Assembly (NCBI GenBank): GCA_028693335.1
Contig: JAQUVR010000024.1
Location: 1 to 8,103, forward strand
Direction: 5' to 3'
From: Candidatus Iainarchaeum sp.
Lineage (GTDB): Archaea > Iainarchaeota > Iainarchaeia > Iainarchaeales > CSSED10-239
Length of the DNA: 8,103 nucleotides
Each line of letters opens with the position of its first letter. Position 1 is the first letter of the stretch. The notes below the pieces were generated by a model. It did not search any database. It worked only from the letters and a program-made list of their open reading frames with translations, and was not told the origin of the DNA. The position numbers and the translations under genes are program-made. Shown piece after piece: positions 1 through 5,778 of the stretch.

Positions 1-1428
1 ATTGTAAAATTAAAACCGCCAAAAACAAATGATTCAAACATTTATCAAAAATATATGATTGCAAATCATATTGAAAAAGTTGATCAAGAGTTTGATGAAT
101 TAAAAATATCCCCAGAAGAGGTTCAAGAAATAAAACAACTTGCAAATAAAGATGATATTTATGAATTATTATCAGGATCTATTGCTCCTGGAATTTATGG
201 TCACGATATAGTAAAAGAAGCAATTATGCTTCAAATGTTTGGTGGTGTGAAAAAAAAAGCAGGAAAACAAGATCTTCGTGGAAATATTCATGTTTTATTA
301 GTTGGTGATCCATCTACTGGTAAAAGTCAATTGTTAAGATACGCGTCAGAAATAGCGCCAAAAAGTATATATGTTGCAGGAAAAAGTGCATCAGGTGCTG
401 GACTAACTGTCAGTGCTGTAAAAGATGATTTTGGTGAAGGTGGCTGGACATTAAAAGCTGGTGCTGTTGTTCTTGCTAGTGGTGGAATTGCAATGATTGA
501 TGAATTTGATAAAATGGATTCAGAGGATCGTAGTTCACTTCATGAAGCAATGGCGCAGTCAACAGTTTCTGTGTCTAAGGCTGGTTTATATGCAAAGTTT
601 AGAGCGGATACTTCAATTCTTGCAGCTGCAAACCCAAAATTTAACAGATTTGACAAATTCAAAAATCCAATTGAACAAATAGATCTTCCATTTTCTTTAT
701 TATCCAGATTTGATTTATATTTCATAATTAGAGATTCATTAAATAGAAAACTAGATCTAGAAATGGGAAACAAAATTATGGAAGTTCATGAAGCTGCAGA
801 AAAATTAGCACAAGCAGATTCTTCAAAATCTATTTCTAAAGAAGAACTAGAAAGTATTCAAGAAAAAGTTCTTCCAAAGATAGACGCGGTTCTTTTTAAA
901 AAATATGTTGCTTTTGCAAGACAGAATGTTAAGCCAATTTTAACAAAAGAAACTTCTGAAAAAATATTAAACTATTATATAGAGCTAAGAGATGTTGGTA
1001 GAGCTCAAGAAAGTTATTCTGCAACCCCAAGACAATTAGAAGGTTTGATAAGACTTGCAGAAGCAAGTGCAAGAATAAAATTAAAACCAAAAATAGATAT
1101 TGATGATGCAATTAGAGCAATTAGAATATTTAAGGCATCTTTAGAACAAACTGCAACAGATCTTGACACTGGCAAAATAGATATAGATATTTTAAATACT
1201 GGTCAGAGTAATAGTGAAAGATCATTTTTAAAAAGAGTTTTGAAGTTGATTGAGGAAATGAGTGTTGATGGAAACCCAGTTGATCTAAATGAATTAATTA
1301 AGGTTACTGAACAAGATAATGTAAAAAAAGATAAATTAATTGATGCAATTATTAAGTTAAAAAAATCCGGTGACATTTACGAACCTAAAAACAATTTTTA
1401 TAAAGCAACAAATTTTATGAGTCAATGA
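1..1428 (+). CDS. mcm: MCM replicative helicase, 5'-truncated by the window edge (end of N-terminal domain, AAA+ domain, C-terminal winged helix)
   Basis: Frame 1 is open from nt 1: IVKLKPPKTNDSNIYQKY precedes the Met at 55. The Met at 55 in the ORF track is therefore an edge artefact. MCM-type AAA+ motifs are present in order: Walker A GDPSTGKS, Walker B IAMIDEFDKM, sensor-1 AAANP, Arg-finger SRFD, sensor-2 ATPRQLE. A winged-helix-like C-terminus ends in GDIYEPKNNFYK. Stop TGA at 1426-1428. Confidence 0.95.
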   Translation: MVKLKPPKTNDSNIYQKYMIANHIEKVDQEFDELKISPEEVQEIKQLANKDDIYELLSGSIAPGIYGHDIVKEAIMLQMFGGVKKKAGKQDLRGNIHVLLVGDPSTGKSQLLRYASEIAPKSIYVAGKSASGAGLTVSAVKDDFGEGGWTLKAGAVVLASGGIAMIDEFDKMDSEDRSSLHEAMAQSTVSVSKAGLYAKFRADTSILAAANPKFNRFDKFKNPIEQIDLPFSLLSRFDLYFIIRDSLNRKLDLEMGNKIMEVHEAAEKLAQADSSKSISKEELESIQEKVLPKIDAVLFKKYVAFARQNVKPILTKETSEKILNYYIELRDVGRAQESYSATPRQLEGLIRLAEASARIKLKPKIDIDDAIRAIRIFKASLEQTATDLDTGKIDIDILNTGQSNSERSFLKRVLKLIEEMSVDGNPVDLNELIKVTEQDNVKKDKLIDAIIKLKKSGDIYEPKNNFYKATNFMSQ

Positions 1429-1435
1429 TTTTTTT
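1429..1435 (+). terminator. Oligo-T tract (T7) immediately after the mcm stop; possible archaeal intrinsic termination signal
   Basis: TGATTTTTTT at 1426-1435. Archaeal RNA polymerase terminates at oligo-T runs. However, the next start codon is only 6 nt downstream, and T-runs are common in this AT-rich DNA. Confidence 0.25.
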
Positions 1436-1440
1436 AAATA

Positions 1441-2304
1441 ATGATAATTATGGGTAAAGAAAAACAATCAGCAATTACAGACAAGCAATTTATTTTTTAT
1501 TTTTTGTTTTTGTTTTTATTAGTTCAGGTTGTTGGTTTATTTGTTGCTTATAATTATTATTTGAAAGATATTCAATTTAGTGTTTTTGGCGATCCCAATA
1601 GTGTCTTTAATGCTATTTTTATTGTTGGATATATAATTTTTCTAACCGGAATAATCTTAATTTTAAAAAAATATTTTAAAAGTGGTAAATATATTTTTGT
1701 TTTTGAATTTTTAGCATTATTTTTTGCAATCGGAATAATTTTTGAAATTTTCTTGCCTTTTTATCTTGCTTATTTTTTAGCTGTTGTTTTATTATTTTTT
1801 AAAAATAAATTTGAATCTAAAAAAATTACTCTTTGGTATAATAATTTATTATTAGCATTAGCAATTGCTGGTGCTGGTGCTTTATTGGGGCTTGGTCTTG
1901 GGATTTTACCAATTATTATTTTATTGTCTTTACTTGCAATTTATGATGTTGTTGCTGTGTTTTATACAAAACACATGATTTCTTTAGCAAAATTAATTAT
2001 TGCAAAAAAAGTTTCATTAATTTTTTTATTGCCATCAAAAAGAAGATTATATAGGCTTGGCGGTGGGGATTTTGCAATACCTACTGCCGTGTCGTCTAGT
2101 TTATTTAATGTTTTAATAAAAAGTTATTCTTTTAGTATAGTAATAATTCCAATAATTTTTGTTTGGATTTCTGCAGTTGTTGGAATGTTTTTAACATTTT
2201 ATATATTAGATAAAAAGAAAGTAAAGGCACTTCCTGCTCTTCCAATCCAGGTTGGATTAATGATAATAGTTATTGTTATAACTTATTTTATTTTATTATA
2301 CTAA
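1441..2304 (+). CDS. Presenilin / signal-peptide-peptidase-like intramembrane aspartyl protease (peptidase family A22, archaeal PSH type)
   Basis: A 287-aa polytopic hydrophobic protein carrying the three family signature motifs in the canonical order. YD is in LAIYDVVAV (Asp169 codon 1945-1947). GxGD is in LGGGDFAIP (Asp210 codon 2068-2070). PAL is in KALPALP (2233-2241). The size and Asp spacing are similar to the characterised archaeal presenilin homologues (about 300 aa). The start could be ATG 1441 or ATG 1450 (MGKEK...). Confidence 0.8.
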   Translation: MIIMGKEKQSAITDKQFIFYFLFLFLLVQVVGLFVAYNYYLKDIQFSVFGDPNSVFNAIFIVGYIIFLTGIILILKKYFKSGKYIFVFEFLALFFAIGIIFEIFLPFYLAYFLAVVLLFFKNKFESKKITLWYNNLLLALAIAGAGALLGLGLGILPIIILLSLLAIYDVVAVFYTKHMISLAKLIIAKKVSLIFLLPSKRRLYRLGGGDFAIPTAVSSSLFNVLIKSYSFSIVIIPIIFVWISAVVGMFLTFYILDKKKVKALPALPIQVGLMIIVIVITYFILLY

Positions 2305-2686
2305 CTTCTCCAGATTTTACAAGAGCACAAGTTTGTGTAACTTCTACAATATATTTTGTTTTACCAGAACTTATATTTTTACACATGTTATCTTTATGAT
2401 CATCCAAAAAACTAACTCTTGGACTATGAACAACATCACAAGCCCAATCAGGCATTATTTCTTCTGATAGGCAAGGACCAGTTTCTAAAAGATTCCCCCT
2501 ACTAAGCTCTGCTCTGCATAGTTCAACACATTTTTTTTCTGCATCTTCTTGATAATCTAATGTTGGATCTCTAAATATTATGTTTAGTATTCCAAATCCG
2601 AGTATTATTCCTAATATGACCATATACAAATATAGGCTAATTTTACTTGGTTTATAGATCTTCACATTATTTTTTTTCTTTTTCAT
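2288..2686 (-). CDS. Hypothetical Cys-rich single-pass (type II / signal-anchor) membrane protein, no recognisable family
   Basis: A 132-codon ORF is long for such AT-rich DNA. A Lys-rich N-terminus (MKKKKNNVKIYKPSK) is followed by one hydrophobic helix (about residues 16-37). The roughly 95-aa C-terminal domain has 6 Cys (53, 57, 72, 83, 102, 120). A weak AGGA lies 7 nt upstream of the ATG on the - strand. The 3' end overlaps the convergent protease gene by 17 nt. Confidence 0.65.
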   Translation of the reverse strand: MKKKKNNVKIYKPSKISLYLYMVILGIILGFGILNIIFRDPTLDYQEDAEKKCVELCRAELSRGNLLETGPCLSEEIMPDWACDVVHSPRVSFLDDHKDNMCKNISSGKTKYIVEVTQTCALVKSGEVSIIK

Positions 2687-2755
2687 ATTTTTTCCTTTTT
2701 TTTGAAAATGAACAATTATATTCTAATATACAAATAATATCTATAAAAACCTTTG

Positions 2756-2770
2756 TTTATTATAAATAAA
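2756..2770 (+). promoter_or_regulatory. TATA-box-like element (TTTATTATAAATAAA) of the aIF2-beta promoter within the 118-bp divergent intergenic region 2687-2804
   Basis: An AT-only TATA-like element lies about 40 nt upstream of ATG 2805. This is compatible with the archaeal TATA-to-TSS spacing of about 25 nt plus a short leader. It is bracketed by an imperfect inverted repeat (see findings). Not experimentally verifiable from sequence. Confidence 0.4.
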
Positions 2771-2804
2771 AGGGTTTTAAAATAAATCCATATATATATT
2801 TTAT

Positions 2805-3257
2805 ATGACAAAGACCAAAACAGAACAAGCTTCTACTGAAAAAATAGATGTTGATTATTATAAATTACTTGATAGGCTATATATGGCACTTCCACAAAAA
2901 GCAAAAGAATCTGTAAGATTTGAACTTCCAACAGCTATTTCAATTATTCAAGGTAAACAAACAATTTGGAAGAATTTTGTTAAATGTGGTAAAGATCTAA
3001 ATAGAGATCAAAATTTGTTATATAAGTTTGTTATGAAGGAAATTAGTACGTCTTCAACTGTTGTCAATAATCAAAGTTTAGTTTTAAATGGTGTTTTTGA
3101 TAATAATAAAATAAATTTAATACTTACTAAATTCATAAATGCTTATGTTTTATGTTCTGCATGTAAAAAACCAGATACAAACATAACAACACAAAATAAT
3201 ATTAAAGTGCTTAAATGTTCTGCGTGTGGAGCAGTATCAGCATTACCAAAATTATAG
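2805..3257 (+). CDS. eif2b: Translation initiation factor 2 subunit beta (aIF2-beta)
   Basis: A 150-aa protein with the eIF2-beta/eIF5-type core (RFELP...IQGKQTIWKNF...LYKFVMKEISTSS). The C-terminal C4 zinc ribbon is CSAC-x18-CSAC (LCSACKKPDT...LKCSACGA). Stop TAG at 3255-3257. Confidence 0.9.
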   Translation: MTKTKTEQASTEKIDVDYYKLLDRLYMALPQKAKESVRFELPTAISIIQGKQTIWKNFVKCGKDLNRDQNLLYKFVMKEISTSSTVVNNQSLVLNGVFDNNKINLILTKFINAYVLCSACKKPDTNITTQNNIKVLKCSACGAVSALPKL

Positions 3258-3271
3258 ACTTATTTTTAGAT

Positions 3272-3562
3272 ATGATAGGAAAAATACATGATTATTTGGG
3301 GCAAAAGATATTTGCTTGTTGTGATATTGAGTTGTTAGATACAAAAATTATTTTTAATGATGTTACAATACACATAAGTTCTTCCTTTTATGGTAAAGAC
3401 AAAATAAATGACGATCAAATTTTAAGTTTTGTTTTAGAAGCTGATCAAATTAATGTTTTTGGGAAAAGGATCTGTGATTTTTTATTATCAAAAAAAATAA
3501 TTACAAAAGAAAAAATTATTTATTTTAATGAAACGCCACACGCACAAATATATAAAATTTAA
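3272..3562 (+). CDS. Small conserved archaeal protein of unknown function, DUF424-like (family call from memory of the family pattern)
   Basis: The ORF track opens at 3215, inside the aIF2-beta zinc ribbon. The first non-overlapping ATG is at 3272 (MIGKIHDY...), giving 96 aa, the typical size. The pattern ACCDIELLD...SSFYGK...INVFGKR...ETPHAQIY matches what I recall of DUF424/COG2412 (CD.eLlG ... FYgG ... NlvG ... PHa). I cannot verify this without an HMM search. Confidence 0.65.
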   Translation: MIGKIHDYLGQKIFACCDIELLDTKIIFNDVTIHISSSFYGKDKINDDQILSFVLEADQINVFGKRICDFLLSKKIITKEKIIYFNETPHAQIYKI

Positions 3563-3572
3563 AAAAACCTTT

Positions 3573-3577
3573 GGAGG
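3573..3577 (+). promoter_or_regulatory. Shine-Dalgarno sequence GGAGG upstream of aIF1A
   Basis: TTGGAGGTAA: GGAGGT is complementary to the conserved 16S rRNA 3' end (CCUCC). It lies 12 nt before ATG 3590, a somewhat long but acceptable spacer. Confidence 0.6.
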
Positions 3578-3589
3578 TAATTTAAAAAA

Positions 3590-4096
3590 ATGCAAAGAAA
3601 TTTTAATAAAAATAAAACACCAAATCCAGCATTTGATCCAACTAATGAGTTTAAGAAGTTAAGAACTCCTTTTAGAAAAGATATTGAAATGTATGGAAAA
3701 GTAATAAACCTAATGGGTACAAATCAAGTAAAAGTAATGTGTGAAGATGGCACAGAAAGGATTTGTAGAATCCCAGGTAAGATGTTTAAACACATTTGGA
3801 TAAAAACAAACGATATAATAATTATAAAATTATGGGATTTTCAACCAAGTAAAGCAGATGTTGTTTGGAGATATCAAGGTTTTCAAAAAAACGCTCTTGA
3901 AAGACGTGGAGAATTAACTAAACTTTATACATTTACTCATGATGAAATTTCTCAAAATCCAAACTATTTACCACAATACGCAAATAAAGTTGAGGAAAAA
4001 AGAAATTCAGAAGTTGTTAATGATGATGATGTTGTTGATGAAGAAATAGATGAAGATGCTGATGAAGAATCAGATGATGAAGAACTAAAAGAATGA
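3590..4096 (+). CDS. eif1a: Translation initiation factor 1A (aIF1A) with extended N- and C-terminal tails
   Basis: The S1/OB-fold core is diagnostic of eIF1A/aIF1A: YGKVINLMGTNQVKVMCEDGTERICRIPGKMFKHIWIKTNDIIIIKLWDFQPSKADVVWRY. The protein is 168 aa, with a basic N-terminal tail and a C-terminal extension ending in a D/E-rich block. It is preceded by a GGAGG SD. Stop TGA at 4094-4096. Confidence 0.9.
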   Translation: MQRNFNKNKTPNPAFDPTNEFKKLRTPFRKDIEMYGKVINLMGTNQVKVMCEDGTERICRIPGKMFKHIWIKTNDIIIIKLWDFQPSKADVVWRYQGFQKNALERRGELTKLYTFTHDEISQNPNYLPQYANKVEEKRNSEVVNDDDVVDEEIDEDADEESDDEELKE

Positions 4097-4102
4097 TTTT
4101 AA

Positions 4103-4846
4103 ATGCTTGCAACAAAGAAGATTGAAGGATTGGTTTTTGATAACACAGTTCATGAAGTATTATTTAAGTTATCTAGTAATGGAATAATTGATGCTATTGA
4201 TGAACCAATTGCAGCAGGAAAAGAAGCAGTTACTTTTCTTGGGCACATTGATACAACTTTTTTGGTTGCAAAAATCTATAAAATCGAAACATCTAATTTC
4301 AAAAAATTAGACAAATATATCAAAGGCGATTATAGATTCAAAAAAATAAAAAATGAAAGGCGAGATCTTTTTTTAATTTGGGCAAGTAAAGAATACAAGA
4401 ATCTAACACTTGCAATAAATAATGGCGTTTCTGTTCCAGTTCCAATAGCAAGAGAAAAAAATGTTTTGATCATGTCTCTTGTTGGAACAAAAGATGGAAT
4501 TCCTCATCCAAAATTAATTAAGTTTAGAAATTATGATTTTGATTTAGTCTATAATCAAATAATAGAAAACTATTGTAAAATGTTATATGGTGCAAAAATA
4601 ATTCATGCTGATTTTAGTCCATATAATATATTAATAGACCCCATTACTCAAAAAATCACCATAATAGACGTTGGTCAAGCAGTTGTTCATACTCATCCAA
4701 AATCTAAAGATTTTTTAAAGAGAGACATTATTAATATTACTGATTTCTTAAACAAAAAATCAAAAAACAAAATAACCTATGAACAATTTTTAGAAGATCT
4801 TAAAAAGAAAAAAGAAGAGTTGTATGGAAGAAATAATAAAAGTTAA
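4103..4846 (+). CDS. rio1: RIO-type serine/threonine protein kinase, Rio1-like (no N-terminal wHTH)
   Basis: RIO motifs are present in order: nucleotide-binding loop AAGKEAVTF, ATP-binding Lys in LVAKIYK, catalytic loop IIHADFSPYNILI, metal-binding IIDVGQAV. The 247-aa protein has no Rio2-type winged-helix N-domain. The start is 6 nt after the aIF1A stop. Confidence 0.9.
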   Translation: MLATKKIEGLVFDNTVHEVLFKLSSNGIIDAIDEPIAAGKEAVTFLGHIDTTFLVAKIYKIETSNFKKLDKYIKGDYRFKKIKNERRDLFLIWASKEYKNLTLAINNGVSVPVPIAREKNVLIMSLVGTKDGIPHPKLIKFRNYDFDLVYNQIIENYCKMLYGAKIIHADFSPYNILIDPITQKITIIDVGQAVVHTHPKSKDFLKRDIINITDFLNKKSKNKITYEQFLEDLKKKKEELYGRNNKS

Positions 4847-5402
4847 TCATCAAAGATTGCCAATAATTATTGGGCACAATGGTGAAACCAAAAAACTTAT
4901 TGAAAAAAAAACAAAAGTTTCTTTAGAAATTGATAGTCATACTGGCGAAATAATTATTGTTGGCCAAAATAATTATTATGATGTTTATAATGCAAAAAAA
5001 GTTATTACTGCAATATCAAGAGGATTTTCTCCAGAAAACGCTTTTACTATTTTAAAAGGTGACAACACAATAGAAATTATGTCTATTGAAACATATATTG
5101 GAAAAAACAACAATAGAATTCATCAAATAAAAGGAAGAATTATTGGAAGAGAAGGAACCATAAAGAACCTTATTGAAAAAAAATATGGTTGTTTAATTGC
5201 AGTATATGGAAAAACTGTTGGAATTATTGCAAGATCTGATCAAATGGCAGAAATTATGGAAATTATTGAGTCTTTGATAAATGGTTGTAAGCACACAACT
5301 GTTTTTAAGTTAATAAAGAGATCAAAAGTTACAAGAAGTATTGGAAATTTAACAGTTAAGGATGACACTGTTGAAAAAATTGATGATATTAGTTTTTCAT
5401 AA
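4824..5402 (+). CDS. Two-KH-domain RNA-binding protein, archaeal Dim2/Pno1-like
   Basis: There are two KH GXXG loops in the expected contexts: IIIGHNGETKKLIEKKT and IKGRIIGREGTIKNLIEKKYG. The protein is 192 aa. The ATG overlaps the last 23 nt of the rio1 gene, suggesting translational coupling. Confidence 0.85.
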   Translation: MEEIIKVNHQRLPIIIGHNGETKKLIEKKTKVSLEIDSHTGEIIIVGQNNYYDVYNAKKVITAISRGFSPENAFTILKGDNTIEIMSIETYIGKNNNRIHQIKGRIIGREGTIKNLIEKKYGCLIAVYGKTVGIIARSDQMAEIMEIIESLINGCKHTTVFKLIKRSKVTRSIGNLTVKDDTVEKIDDISFS

Positions 5403-5736
5403 CTATTTATATTATTTTATTTTTACTATTTTTATTGTGAGAAAGAATAAAAGGATTAGTGACTTATTAAAAAAAGTCAAATCTGTTTTTAAAAAAGAAT
5501 CTAATTTAGAAAAAGACCTGCACACTTATGGCTCTGCATTTAGTATTATTTTGGGTTCTCATTTACCAAAAGAAATAAAAGTTAAGAAATTAAAACACCT
5601 AAGAGAGTGTATGTCTAAAATAGCAGAAAAAAGATTAAAAGTGATTACAGACCCATCAGAAAGAAAAGAAAAAGGTAAAGACTATAAAGATCTCATGAAT
5701 AAGATATTTCTTGCAGAAATGTTAATGTCAAAATAA
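5362..5736 (+). CDS. Hypothetical small Lys-rich protein, start ambiguous (ATG 5362/5383 overlapping the KH gene, or GTG 5437)
   Basis: A 124-codon open frame is unlikely by chance in AT-rich DNA. The C-terminal ~99 aa (VRKNKRISDLLKKVK...KDYKDLMNKIFLAEMLMSK) is basic and looks helical, with no family I recognise. The first ~25 codons (LMILVFHNYLYYFIFTIFIV) are encoded by T-rich DNA that also looks like a promoter (TTTATATTA at 5406-5414). Confidence 0.5.
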   Translation: MTLLKKLMILVFHNYLYYFIFTIFIVRKNKRISDLLKKVKSVFKKESNLEKDLHTYGSAFSIILGSHLPKEIKVKKLKHLRECMSKIAEKRLKVITDPSERKEKGKDYKDLMNKIFLAEMLMSK

Positions 5737-5778
5737 TTTTCTTATTTTGACCCACTATTTTTAAATGTTTTTGACTAT

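Noticed and set aside
55-57. ATG at 55 offered by the ORF track as the start of the first protein
   Set aside because: The frame is open from nt 1. The upstream residues (..NIYQKYMIANHIEKV) align with the linker that precedes the AAA+ domain in MCM proteins. A 457-aa product would also lack the whole N-terminal OB/zinc domain. The gene is therefore truncated by the window edge.
497-1111. Nested ORFs 497..682 (+), 540..773 (-) and 929..1111 (-) inside mcm
   Set aside because: They lie wholly within the strongly conserved MCM AAA+ coding frame. Their translations are low-complexity L/F/Q-rich strings, typical of off-frame or antisense reading of K/E-rich AT-rich genes. There are no motifs and no independent start signals.
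1496-1517. (TTTTTG)n-like microrepeat near the 5' end of the protease gene
   Set aside because: It is in-frame and encodes FYFLFLFLL within the first predicted TM helix. This is low-complexity hydrophobic coding in a T-rich genome, not a structured repeat element.
2670-2701. Homopolymer tracts at the 5' end of the Cys-rich membrane protein gene (coding strand ATGAAAAAGAAAAAAAAT, plus a 9-nt run in the upstream leader) as a possible slipped-strand phase-variation switch
   Set aside because: A/T runs of 7-9 nt are common throughout this window, including inside essential genes (for example A9 at 250-258 in mcm). The tracts therefore reflect base composition and Lys-rich coding, not a specific switch. 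Only population-level length variation could revive the idea.
3215-3271. Upstream extension of the DUF424-like ORF, starting at ATG 3215 inside aIF2-beta
   Set aside because: It would overlap the aIF2-beta zinc-ribbon codons by 43 nt and add a hydrophobic, non-conserved-looking peptide (MFCVWSSISITKIIDLFLD). ATG 3272 gives the family-typical ~96 aa and does not overlap aIF2-beta.
4020-4062. C-box-like ATGATGA (4020-4026) and D-box-like CTGA (4059-4062), suggesting an embedded C/D box sRNA
   Set aside because: Both motifs arise from GAT/GAA codon repeats that encode the acidic aIF1A tail. There are no flanking terminal stems, no internal C'/D' pair, and no guide-like unique sequence.
5460-5479. 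Hairpin TGACTT-N8-AAGTCA followed by a T-run, as a possible terminator of the KH gene
   Set aside because: The stem is only 6 bp and AT-rich, so stability is marginal. It lies inside the likely coding region of the 5362..5736 ORF. Archaeal termination does not require hairpins.
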